From: a virus
DNA: 64,000 nucleotides
Direction: 5' to 3' (one strand)
IMG/VR virus record: IMGVR_UViG_3300028586_000750
Of the stretch, positions 29,527-38,307 are shown in pieces. The notes under the pieces are model-generated. The model was given only the letters and a program-made list of their open reading frames with translations. It was not told the origin of the DNA and ran no database searches. Numbering within the stretch: the stretch's first letter is position 1; every line of letters begins with the position of its first letter. Made by a program: the position numbers and the translations under genes.

Positions 29527-29952
29527 TTAGCGAACGGGAGCGGCCTCAACAATGTTGGGGAGAAGACCCAGGTTGGGCTTGTTCAGGCCCGTAGCGGTGA
29601 AGTTGTAGGTGTCGCCCTCAACGATGCCGCTAGCAAGACCCGAGCCGGTGACCTGACCGTAGAAGAGGTTGCCGTCAGCGGTGAATGCACCACAGGAAGA
29701 AAGGACACGGTACGTCTCGAAACCATCTTCGTCAATGGCGAACTGGACGGTGTTGACGGTGCAGTTCGTGTAAGCGTTGACCTGCGAAACGTGAGTGACA
29801 CCCGAGAAGATGACCGCACCGAAACCCAGTCCGATGATGGTGGCGACGATGCCGAACATGACCTTGAAGCCGGTGGGAGCGCCACCAAGGAAGCTACGGA
29901 AGCCGAAGGAAGCCTTGCGGTTGTTACGAACGGAGAAGGTGGAGTTACGCAT
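29527..29952 (-). CDS. Membrane-anchored extracytoplasmic protein
   Basis: TM + CTV...Y-x-V-x-SSCG...G-x-TY-x-F; similar to 32471-32824 and 32842-33141. Confidence 0.7.
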   Translation of the reverse strand: MRNSTFSVRNNRKASFGFRSFLGGAPTGFKVMFGIVATIIGLGFGAVIFSGVTHVSQVNAYTNCTVNTVQFAIDEDGFETYRVLSSCGAFTADGNLFYGQVTGSGLASGIVEGDTYNFTATGLNKPNLGLLPNIVEAAPVR

Positions 29953-30189
29953 GATAACTACTTTCGTCGTGGTGAGCTTTGGCTTTTCCGCTGCCCTGTT
30001 GATTACAGCTTACACACTTAGATGGGCCAGTGCAACTCAAAAACAAGAAACTTTTCAGTTTTCTGACGATTGTTTAAGTAGCTTCAAATAACAAGCAAGA
30101 AAGACTAGCTTTTACCTGGTAACTGCAACCAACACTGGTATATGTACTGAAAATAGTGTATGCTATGGGTAAAGACATTTAAGGAAAAT

Positions 30190-30498
30190 ATGTTAACTTA
30201 CGAACAAGCAAAAGAAGTGCGAGAAGGCATTCACTTAGCGCGACGTAACTTTGCGGATAACCGCAGTATTGCTTACGACGTTCAGGTGCCTAAAGGCAAA
30301 CTTCGTAGCATGGCATATCACCGCACTTGGAGAAGCCTCGTGCAAGGTCGCGTGTACTTCCCACCTAAGGGTAGCAGTACGCGTTTTAACGCTAAAAGAT
30401 TTGGCCCTACAATTGAGCAGCAGAGGGAAGCTTTAGAGAACGGAACAATTTTTACTACGTTCTATGATGACTTTTATGCAGGCCGCATCAACAAGTAG
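30190..30498 (+). CDS. Hypothetical protein
   Basis: AAGGAAAAT-ATG (MLTYEQAKEV). Confidence 0.65.
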   Translation: MLTYEQAKEVREGIHLARRNFADNRSIAYDVQVPKGKLRSMAYHRTWRSLVQGRVYFPPKGSSTRFNAKRFGPTIEQQREALENGTIFTTFYDDFYAGRINK

Positions 30499-30549
30499 CT
30501 CTAACTAAGAAACACCCCGACTTGGAAGAAGTCGGGGTGTTTCTGTTTG

Positions 30550-30638
30550 TGCTCATAGTTGGATTCGAACCAACGTTTCTAGGTTGTCGCCTAACGTTTT
30601 GACCAGTTCCGCTTGATAGGAACTCAAACTATATGAGT
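30550..30638 (-). ncRNA. tRNA-like RNA with 26-nt D-loop and 6-nt anticodon loop (CGACAA)
   Basis: Acceptor CTCATA/TATGAG, D-stem GTTT/AAAC, anticodon stem TTAGG/CCTAG, T-arm GTTGG-TTCGAAT-CCAAC. Confidence 0.8.
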
Positions 30639-30684
30639 ATCACCGTTCTGTTTTTTCAAGAGCTTTGAACCTCTGCTCTTTTCG

Positions 30685-30757
30685 TGTTCGTAGAGGGCCG
30701 CGAGCCAACTTCTCCACTATAGCGTGGTATTTTAAGCGAATGTTAAACTATACGAAC
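30685..30757 (-). pseudogene. Degenerate tRNA-like element (73 nt)
   Basis: Acceptor GTTCGTA/TACGAAC, TA linker, D-stem GTTT/AAAT, CCAC/GTGG stem with 6-nt loop; T-loop degenerate. Confidence 0.6.
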
Positions 30758-30773
30758 TTGTTTTGTTGTTGCG

Positions 30774-30898
30774 TACCCATAGCAGGATTTGAACCTACAG
30801 TCTCCGTAGACCCTACGGTATTTTGCCAGTGATTACTTGACAGCATATGCTACTAAGGCACCGAGGCTGTCGTTGTAGTAATTCTAAACTATATGGGT
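30774..30898 (-). ncRNA. tRNA-like RNA with 62-nt D-loop and 3-nt anticodon loop
   Basis: Acceptor ACCCATA/TATGGGT, D-stem GTTT/AAAT, CCGTAG-GGT-CTACGG, T-arm GTAGG-TTCAAAT-CCTGC. Confidence 0.8.
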
Positions 30899-30952
30899 GA
30901 CCGTTCTGTTTTTTTAGAGCTTTGAACCTCTGCTCCGTTTGCTTATATCTCT

Positions 30953-30981
30953 ACTATACACACCGTTTCTGGTTTGTGCAA
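30953..30981 (-). promoter_or_regulatory. Promoter for the tRNA-like cluster
   Basis: TTGCAC-17-TATAGT; terminator hairpin at about 30509-30543 after the third element. Confidence 0.8.
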
Positions 30982-31111
30982 CCTGAAACCAAAACTTCTT
31001 CTTAAAATCTAAGAAGCCCTGCAAGACCATTAGCCTTGCAGGGCTTCGGAAAGCTATCATGGCCCTCTAAGCGGGACTTCACCGGACTTAGGGACTTGCT
31101 TTCCTTATAGA

Positions 31112-31483
31112 TTAAGCATACCACCCTGTTTGAGGTTTCGCAACTTCATCAACAGGATTGGCATAAAAATTCTCTAGAAGACGTTCACGCATGTTGAAAG
31201 CAGTTTTGGACATACCTTCTTCTTCAAGCTCGTTCTTCTCAGAAGCGCCAAACAAACCAGCAAAAGTCAGTTTGCCTTCACGGTCTTCAACTCCGGCCAA
31301 GAATAGGAAAGCTGGCTTCCCTGTTTCTGGGTTTCTTTTTAACATTAGCCAGTCATAGCCTTCTGCTAAACCAGGAACAGTAATCTCTTTGCCGTCTTCA
31401 TCTTTAGTAGTGGTATCAGCACCAACAAAGATTCTGTCGTACTGAATTTCTGGTCGGTGATAGTCACCCATTATGGCGTGCAT
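31112..31483 (-). CDS. Hypothetical protein
   Basis: TTGGAG RBS; 123 aa. Confidence 0.7.
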   Translation of the reverse strand: MHAIMGDYHRPEIQYDRIFVGADTTTKDEDGKEITVPGLAEGYDWLMLKRNPETGKPAFLFLAGVEDREGKLTFAGLFGASEKNELEEEGMSKTAFNMRERLLENFYANPVDEVAKPQTGWYA

Positions 31484-31507
31484 TTTTCTCCAAGTTTTTA
31501 ATGTGAG

Positions 31508-31939
31508 TTAGTTGCTCTTCAAGCAAATTTCTTTTTGTTCGTTAGCGTCCCAGATAGCTTTTTGTTTACGTTTTGTGCCAGTCACTAGTGCTTCTTCTTT
31601 ACCTCGCACAATTGTGACTTTATTTACTGTCACTGTGTCGTTGCTCTTATCATGCCAAAACCCGAGGTAGTTGTCTGGGTTTGTGAACCAGTCTTTATGA
31701 GCACGGATGAAGTTGATTACTGGGTCCATTCCTTTGTGGTTAAAAAATTCGTGTGCAGGAATGATAGGGTAATCGCCTTCTTCGCTAATAATGAAACCTT
31801 GTGTTGGCTCTTTACCTGTTGCGGGGTGGATTGTTAGACCACCGGTTTGGCTTACTCTTTCCACTATATGCTCTGCTGGCCACACAGGGACGGACGTTTT
31901 ATTACAATGTTTTGCTGTTTGCTTTTTAGGCAGTGACAT
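31508..31939 (-). CDS. Hypothetical protein
   Basis: AGGAAG RBS; LGFWHD...Q-x-AIWD motif. Confidence 0.7.
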   Translation of the reverse strand: MSLPKKQTAKHCNKTSVPVWPAEHIVERVSQTGGLTIHPATGKEPTQGFIISEEGDYPIIPAHEFFNHKGMDPVINFIRAHKDWFTNPDNYLGFWHDKSNDTVTVNKVTIVRGKEEALVTGTKRKQKAIWDANEQKEICLKSN

Positions 31940-32153
31940 ACGTTTCTTCCTTTTAGAAATCTGCTGTTACCGGTCCAAATTTTGATATGCAGTAATAGCT
32001 CTATCTATAATAGTACAAAGAACCGTTTTACCTAAGAATTTAAAGTAGCAATTGCTAATCAGTAGAGCCTCAGCTACACCATATGGGAAAAGACAAGACG
32101 ACTACATACAGAAAAACCCCACCAGTTATTGGTGGGGGTTTTCTGTATGTTCT

Positions 32154-32384
32154 TTACATGAACGGAGCGGCAGCGTTTGCCAGACGGTGAAGCTTCCTCA
32201 GACGCGGACGAGCGATGCAGCTAGCGATGAACACCAGACCAAGAACGACAGCGGGCGTCCACGTGAGGATACCCATGATAGCCAGGATACCGGTGACAAT
32301 GCCGCCCCAAAGGCCAACACGACGGGCGATGATGTCAAGACCAAGGATGAACCCGATGAGGATGAAAGTACCGCGACCAATCAT
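32154..32384 (-). CDS. Small membrane protein
   Basis: Two to three hydrophobic segments with a basic tail. Confidence 0.7.
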   Translation of the reverse strand: MIGRGTFILIGFILGLDIIARRVGLWGGIVTGILAIMGILTWTPAVVLGLVFIASCIARPRLRKLHRLANAAAPFM

Positions 32385-32470
32385 TATGTTTCTCTTTTCT
32401 AAGTTAAGGGGAACTTGCTGATGAGTTTAGTTTACACACTATGGAACCTCAACGCAACTTCAAAGTGAAA

Positions 32471-32824
32471 TTAATTTTTGAGGCTTTTTAGTTCATACAC
32501 AGGGGAGATATTACCCATCTTGACAAAATCATAGGTTTTACCAACTGCTACTTTGTCATACGTTTCTTTGTGTGTAGTTAATTTACCACAAGCTGTTTCT
32601 ACACGATACGAATGACCTCTGCGTGTGTTCCAATCACGTTTATCTTCAACTTTGCAGCTAGCCACCGTTTCTTGAAAAATCGCGCGGTCCAAACTAATAC
32701 CACCAATGATAAATAAAGCTATCCCTAGAATAATACTTCCAAGGATAATCCCGTATTTTTGTTCTTGCTTTTGTTCTGGGGTCAGTTCCTTCTTGTTGCT
32801 TCCCTTAACGTTTTTATCTACCAT
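32471..32824 (-). CDS. Membrane-anchored extracytoplasmic protein
   Basis: TM + CKVEDK...YRVETACG...YD-x-V-x-VGKTY-x-F. Confidence 0.75.
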   Translation of the reverse strand: MVDKNVKGSNKKELTPEQKQEQKYGIILGSIILGIALFIIGGISLDRAIFQETVASCKVEDKRDWNTRRGHSYRVETACGKLTTHKETYDKVAVGKTYDFVKMGNISPVYELKSLKN

Positions 32825-32841
32825 ATCAATATTTTACCAGG

Positions 32842-33141
32842 TTAGCGAGTTTCTTCACTAATACGGGCAGTGGGGATGATTGAACCAGAAACGTCAAAGG
32901 TGTAGGTTTCACCAATCACAATGTCATCGTAAGTGGAGCGAGTAGTTGAATAGTCAGCACAAGAGGTTTGTAGCTTGTAATGCCAGTTCTTATTAAAGAA
33001 ACGGGTCTTGTCCGTGACAGTGCAGTTAGTGACTGTTTCATTAACAGTGACGTGATTGTAAATGAAGACACCGAGGAACCCAAGAAGGAAAATTCCACCG
33101 AGCAGAGAAAATACGGTCTGAACTTTTTCAAACTTACTCAT
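32842..33141 (-). CDS. Membrane-anchored extracytoplasmic protein
   Basis: TM + CTVTDK...YKLQTSC...YDDIVIGETYTF. Confidence 0.75.
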   Translation of the reverse strand: MSKFEKVQTVFSLLGGIFLLGFLGVFIYNHVTVNETVTNCTVTDKTRFFNKNWHYKLQTSCADYSTTRSTYDDIVIGETYTFDVSGSIIPTARISEETR

Positions 33142-33149
33142 TGTTTTCC

Positions 33150-33500
33150 CTACTTGAAGATGTTGTAACGAGTGATGGACGCGCTAAGAATGGTGCGCTT
33201 TGCGCCTAGCGAGATAACAGCAAGAACTTCATCAAGCTCTTCCTCGTTGCGGTCACCGGGACGGCTGAAAAGGTTGTTGTGGATGACGACTTCAAGAAGT
33301 TTGGTGGCTACTGAAAGCCCCGGCTCATCAGGGTGACCCAGAACAGTCTGGCGAGCAATGGACGCCTTAATGAGGCGGTCAAGAGGCTCACCCTTGGTAC
33401 TCATGATGATATCAGTGAGCTTGTCCTTATCCGTGTCAAAAAGAGCATCCAGCATGGGCAGGGTCTTAGCGGAGATAGGGTCAATAACAAGAGCAGGCAT
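33150..33500 (-). CDS. Hypothetical protein
   Basis: Start moved to MPALVIDP (ATG 33500). Confidence 0.65.
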   Translation of the reverse strand: MPALVIDPISAKTLPMLDALFDTDKDKLTDIIMSTKGEPLDRLIKASIARQTVLGHPDEPGLSVATKLLEVVIHNNLFSRPGDRNEEELDEVLAVISLGAKRTILSASITRYNIFK

Positions 33501-33605
33501 GAGAACATCTTTCTGTGGAATGAACGATTTAATCCACTCTATCATAAGGTAATGGGAAAAGACAGGGTATTCACCAAACATTTGGTGAATACCCTGTCTT
33601 CAAAA

Positions 33606-34088
33606 TTACATTCTGACGGTTACTTGATGTTGAACAAGATTTTCGTCGTAGTAAAAAACTTTGTGGTTATCGTAAGCAGCAACAGTATCTTCATTAGTTA
33701 CGTCAAGAGGCCAGTGGAGCCTGAACCCACCGTTCTTTTCATAGAAAGCGTCAGCAACATCTGCTCGTACTTTGAATTCCTGATAAGAGAAAGGTGAATT
33801 CCTATACCACTTACCATAGTTCTTTTCCGAAATGCGACCTGATGAGTTAAACCATGCAGCGAAACCTTCTACGTTTTCGTATGTCTCGCTTCCTTCAAGG
33901 TAAACTTGGCTAATTTTTTCAACAACAGCAAGTAGTTCTTGCAATGCAGGCTCATCTTGATTTTCGTAAAAAGGGCCAGTAATTAGTTTCTTGTAGGCGT
34001 CACCGTCACCATGCATAACTTCAATTTCAACCTCAAAGCTTTTAGGCTTGTTTTTCTGTGGTAAGGCTGCGCCAATAATAAGTTCCAT
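33606..34088 (-). CDS. Hypothetical protein (paralog of 38308-38784)
   Basis: FEV-x-I-x-x-M-x-GD-x-D...YD-x-HK-x-x-x-YDENLV. Confidence 0.75.
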   Translation of the reverse strand: MELIIGAALPQKNKPKSFEVEIEVMHGDGDAYKKLITGPFYENQDEPALQELLAVVEKISQVYLEGSETYENVEGFAAWFNSSGRISEKNYGKWYRNSPFSYQEFKVRADVADAFYEKNGGFRLHWPLDVTNEDTVAAYDNHKVFYYDENLVQHQVTVRM

Positions 34089-34168
34089 ACCATCTAGTAT
34101 ATCCCAAATACCCCTAAATAGCAATGACCCCTACCAGATTTCAACTGGTAGGGGTCATTGCTATTACG

Positions 34169-34459
34169 TTACTTGTCCAGGTGCACCTGAGCGAGAGCAG
34201 CCGCCTTCATGGCGAAAGTTGCAAGCGACTTAGCGGAGTACACCGCGACCGCAGCGGCAGCAATTGCGGTGAGGCCAAAAGCTGCAACCCACGCAGTGCC
34301 AACGATGGAGAAGATAGCCAGGAAGAGGCTAATGAAACCGGCGATGCCCATGACAACAGCAACACCCACCGAGAGGGCCATGATAGGCGCGAAGAGAAGG
34401 GGAGCAGCCGAGATAGCGACCTGGCCGACCGTCTTGCCGTTGCTGGTGATGTTGAGCAT
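34169..34459 (-). CDS. Hydrophobic membrane protein
   Basis: AAGGAGAATGAA-ATG; two to three TM. Confidence 0.7.
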   Translation of the reverse strand: MLNITSNGKTVGQVAISAAPLLFAPIMALSVGVAVVMGIAGFISLFLAIFSIVGTAWVAAFGLTAIAAAAVAVYSAKSLATFAMKAAALAQVHLDK

Positions 34460-34611
34460 TTCATTCTCCTTGTTGGAAGTCCGTGTGTTGCTTACAAGAG
34501 AGACATTACACGCCTTTGTGACGGAACGCAACTCATTACCCAAAGTATTTTTAGACAAGAAATAGGTGTGGCCCTGACTGCATCAAAAGCCAGGGCCACA
34601 CCTATAGTTTT

Positions 34612-34839
34612 TTAAGCCTCTACAAGGACAGGGTAATCGTTAAGGCGCATCTTTGCCTTGCTTTCAGTGAAAAGAGTTGCGCTTGTGAAAAGACCGAAAG
34701 AGTTCGGAATTGTGGCACGCATTGCGGGAATGTAATCACCCGACTTGAACGGGTAAAGCTGAGTGCCCATGAGCGTGTTACCGGCGTATACAGCGGAAAC
34801 ACCAGTGGGACCGTTGACAACAAAAACATTGTGAGACAT
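34612..34839 (-). CDS. Hypothetical protein
   Basis: AAGGA RBS; 75 aa. Confidence 0.65.
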   Translation of the reverse strand: MSHNVFVVNGPTGVSAVYAGNTLMGTQLYPFKSGDYIPAMRATIPNSFGLFTSATLFTESKAKMRLNDYPVLVEA

Positions 34840-34869
34840 ATTAAATCCTTAAAATTTTGAAGAGGAAGC

Positions 34870-35148
34870 TTAGATGTGGCGAGTGAGGAAGTGAGCCGCG
34901 TGCTTACGGGTGTTGTGGGCAAGCTGCAAACCGGACTTCAACTCGTCAAGGTGGACAAGTCCAGCCCAACCCTTGTGACGGTAAACGCGGTCAGGGATGC
35001 TAGGCGAGGGGTGAGACACGATACCAGATGCAACGTAGCCGTACGTACAGTCAGCGTCCTCAGCGTCAACAATCAGGTAGACAGCACGAATGTCGTCAAC
35101 CATCGTCAGGTCAGTGGTGTCAATTTTAGTGAAACGAACCTCAGGCAT
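34870..35148 (-). CDS. Hypothetical protein
   Basis: AAGGAAATCCA-ATG. Confidence 0.7.
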   Translation of the reverse strand: MPEVRFTKIDTTDLTMVDDIRAVYLIVDAEDADCTYGYVASGIVSHPSPSIPDRVYRHKGWAGLVHLDELKSGLQLAHNTRKHAAHFLTRHI

Positions 35149-35312
35149 TGGATTTCCTTAAAAGTGGGGGCGTGTTTTGCTTACAAGTTAGACACTACAC
35201 CAAGTTTGCGATTTTAGCAAAACTATTTAGTAATTCTTTTTATGCTGATGAGGTTGCTTTTAGTAACCGTGGAGACTATACTAGTGATAACAACTTATTA
35301 AGGGAGAACATC

Positions 35313-35474
35313 ATGGCTCAACCCACTAAAAAGCAGATTTCCGCCGTTCGTCGTCGTGAGGCTCATTTCACTAGGAAGGCTGTGAAGGCAATGATTGACG
35401 GAGACATGGTTAAGTATCGTGAGTTAGCTGATGAGCGCGACTGCCAGACTTCATGGCTTTACCGTTACGCTTGA
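35313..35474 (+). CDS. Small basic protein
   Basis: AGGGAGAACATC-ATG. Confidence 0.65.
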   Translation: MAQPTKKQISAVRRREAHFTRKAVKAMIDGDMVKYRELADERDCQTSWLYRYA

Positions 35475-35530
35475 ATAATAAGGAAAGGGCCACAACCTAA
35501 TTTAGGTTGTGGCCCTTTCCTTATTCCTGG

Positions 35531-35779
35531 TTAGATAAGCTTACGTCGGTAGCTGTTTACGAAACCGTTGTAGAAGTAGCGCCAGATGAACACGAATGCT
35601 GCAAATCCAACGGCAAAGACTACAAAAGCGCCGACACTGAGTGCGTTAGTCACAACCGCTGCAATGACAAGAGCGAAGATAAATGGAGCAAGTACCCCGC
35701 TGAGGATGAGCACAGCAAACGTAACGGGCTGGTCCTTGATTGTTGCCAGTACAGGCTTAAGAGTTTTGAGAGCCTTCAT
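35531..35779 (-). CDS. Two-TM membrane protein
   Basis: GAAGGAAAATA-ATG; hydrophobic. Confidence 0.7.
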   Translation of the reverse strand: MKALKTLKPVLATIKDQPVTFAVLILSGVLAPFIFALVIAAVVTNALSVGAFVVFAVGFAAFVFIWRYFYNGFVNSYRRKLI

Positions 35780-35995
35780 TATTTTCCTTCTGTTGTAAAC
35801 GGATAGGTACATATACCATTATACGCCCCCTAAAGGGGCATGTCAACTAGCAACTATGGGAAAAGACACTTAATTCTAGCTAGTAAAGCTTGGGTTAAGT
35901 CCAGCCAAAATATGTTTTCGTTTAGACTTGCGTTTGCTAGCGAAACCTGTTAAGTTTCCCTTGTAACCACTTCCCGCTCACAAAAGGAACAAACC

Positions 35996-36277
35996 ATGTT
36001 CATCCCTACGGCTACCGCTGACGTTAAGAAAATGGCTGCTAAGGCTTCCATTGCTGCTCGTCCGGCTAAGAGCATTCAGAGCCTTGATGCTCGTCGTCAG
36101 GCCGCCGCTACGGCTCACCGTGTGGCTGTCATGACCACTGACCTGTGTGCAATGACTAACCGTAACGTCACTCACGGTATGCCTATTCGTAAGGCTTACG
36201 CTGATGCTCGTACTCGTGTTGCTAACACGTCTGATGCTCTGGCGCTGGTCAAGTGGGTTGAAACTTTCTCTCGTTAA
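35996..36277 (+). CDS. Ala/Arg-rich hypothetical protein
   Basis: AAGGAACAAACC-ATG. Confidence 0.7.
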   Translation: MFIPTATADVKKMAAKASIAARPAKSIQSLDARRQAAATAHRVAVMTTDLCAMTNRNVTHGMPIRKAYADARTRVANTSDALALVKWVETFSR

Positions 36278-36360
36278 CAAATGCAGTATCGCCAAAACAC
36301 TTTGGCGACCTTACAAAAATATGTCTTGTAAAAGACAAGAAAGCGTGCTAGCCTAATATT

Positions 36361-36630
36361 ATGTCTGATACCACTGCAACTACTACCCCTAAGTACCCTG
36401 CTCTCAACAAGATGATTGAGAAGCTTGACAACCGCCCTGCTGGTCACGGCGGTTATGTCACAGGTCGTGATGAGGTTATTGATATTCTCAGTAGCCTTTC
36501 CAAGCTTGTCCCTGCAAGCGTCATCCTTGACCGTAGCTATAATGACACTGACGGTGTTTCAGCAACCATTACGGTCAGGGTCACGGTTTCTCGTTCTGAG
36601 CTTGCTGAGCTAGACGCTGAAAACGCCTAA
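36361..36630 (+). CDS. Hypothetical protein (leaderless)
   Basis: TAGCCT-6nt-ATG. Confidence 0.7.
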   Translation: MSDTTATTTPKYPALNKMIEKLDNRPAGHGGYVTGRDEVIDILSSLSKLVPASVILDRSYNDTDGVSATITVRVTVSRSELAELDAENA

Positions 36631-36765
36631 CCCTTCCTATTACGCAAACTAAAACTGCCCCTACATTATCTGTAGGGGCAGTTTTAGTTTGCGTAATAGC
36701 GAATTGTAGTGTAGGTTTTATTCAAGCAAGCAAACCACTTCAAATTTAGAGAAAGTTGATTGATT

Positions 36766-37101
36766 ATGAACGGCATCAAGAACATTCAGGACAACTACAA
36801 CCTCACGCTTAACCGTTTGCTGGCGGTGGAAGGTGAAACTTCCCGAATTCTTGACATTCGTTTCCGTCTGACCCTCAGCGATGGAACCGTTCTTCCTGCT
36901 TCCAACCTCATTCTCAACGGTAAAAGCATTGGGGACGCAACCATTCCTGACACGACCACCTTTGAAGGATGTACTGAGCTTTGCATTCAGACGATGCGTA
37001 TTGTTCTTGACCTTCCTGCCCCTCTGTTCCACCCCATCCTTGAAGTTTCGGCTTATGCTTTTGAGACTAGCGATATTGATGTGAAGGTTTACGTTCAGTA
37101 G
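36766..37101 (+). CDS. Hypothetical protein
   Basis: 111-aa ORF bounded by terminators. Confidence 0.65.
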   Translation: MNGIKNIQDNYNLTLNRLLAVEGETSRILDIRFRLTLSDGTVLPASNLILNGKSIGDATIPDTTTFEGCTELCIQTMRIVLDLPAPLFHPILEVSAYAFETSDIDVKVYVQ

Positions 37102-37237
37102 TTTTTACGAGAAAGCGGCCAATCGGTTAATCCTGGTTGGCCGCTTTCTCGTGTCTATGGGAAAAGACAAGCTGAATGTTCCCTTCAATATTCAGACAGA
37201 GTTGACACTAGGCAGAAAGAAGGGTTAGACTGTACCT

Positions 37238-38179
37238 ATGTTCAAGAAGCTCGCCGCACTGCTCCCCGTGCTCGCCCTGACCCTCACCGGCTGTGCCGTT
37301 AACATGGAGTTTCAGGATGACACCACGCCTTCGGTTTCGCAGGAAGCAACTACCCTTCCTGCTGAGGCCCCTACCGTTGAGGGTGTTATCTCCGCTGAGA
37401 CTGTTACCAAGCTGAATGAGCTTGTTGTTGCGGATGAGGCCCACGATGACACGTACAGCCAGGATGAGTTCAAGTTCTGGGTCCGTAAGAACGACACCGG
37501 GTGTGACACTCGTTTCGCTGTTCTTAAGCGAGACAGCCTTTCCGGTTTCAGTGCCAACAAGTGTGAAATCACTGGTGGCGAGTGGTTCTCTTCGTACGAT
37601 GCTCTAACGGTCACTGACGCTTCTAAGCTTGACATTGACCACATGGTTCCTCGTTCTGAGGCATGGCGTTCTGGCGCTTCTGAGTGGACCGCTGATGAGC
37701 GAGAGAACTTCGCCAACGACCTTAGCAACCCTGCTACTCTTGTTGCTGTTTCCGCTTCTTCTAACCGCTCCAAGAGTGACAATGACCCTAGCAAGTGGAT
37801 GCCTGCTACGGATGCTTGTATTTACCTTACGAACTGGGTTGATGTGAAGCACCAGTGGAAGCTTACGGTTGATGCAACAGAAAAGACGAAGATTGTTAGC
37901 ACTATGTCTTTCTGTGCTATGGATGAGGCGACCGCTGCTCTTCTTCCTGACGTGACTAATGTTGTCAACTCGGATGGTTCTATTCCTGGTGCGGCTATTG
38001 CAACGGATGCGCCTGCTGAGACTGCTGCTCCCGTTGAGGCTGGTACGGACGGTAACGACCCTCGTTTTGACACTTGCGCTGATGTTAAAAAGAATGGTTA
38101 TGGTCCTTACACTCAGGGAACTGACGTTGAGTATGACTGGTACCGTGACGGTAACAGCGACGGTGTTACTTGCACCTAA
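37238..38179 (+). CDS. Lipoprotein: DUF1524 (HNH-like nuclease) plus C-terminal Excalibur Ca-binding domain
   Basis: LTGC lipobox; LDIDHMVP-x-SEAW, LVAVSASSNRSKSD; FDTCADVKKNGYGPY...YRDGNSDGVTC; leaderless TAGACT-6nt-ATG. Confidence 0.85.
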   Translation: MFKKLAALLPVLALTLTGCAVNMEFQDDTTPSVSQEATTLPAEAPTVEGVISAETVTKLNELVVADEAHDDTYSQDEFKFWVRKNDTGCDTRFAVLKRDSLSGFSANKCEITGGEWFSSYDALTVTDASKLDIDHMVPRSEAWRSGASEWTADERENFANDLSNPATLVAVSASSNRSKSDNDPSKWMPATDACIYLTNWVDVKHQWKLTVDATEKTKIVSTMSFCAMDEATAALLPDVTNVVNSDGSIPGAAIATDAPAETAAPVEAGTDGNDPRFDTCADVKKNGYGPYTQGTDVEYDWYRDGNSDGVTCT

Positions 38180-38307
38180 GAATTAATGAGTGTGGCCCTT
38201 TACCTGATATCAGGTAAAGGGCCACACTCATTTTTATTACCTTTTCGTAATCAAAAACATCTAATTACGAAAAGGTAATAATGATTAGCTATTGGGAAAA
38301 GACATTA

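Larger units (their letters stand above)
2203..31901 (+). repeat. Dispersed + strand motif GACGGAC(G/A)TTTT or GACGGACAATGTT, about 11 copies
   Basis: GACGGAC starts at 2203, 2461, 3598, 7731, 9249, 10677, 13580, 14816, 19533, 24772 and 31889; no reverse-complement copy of the long form seen. Confidence 0.75.
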
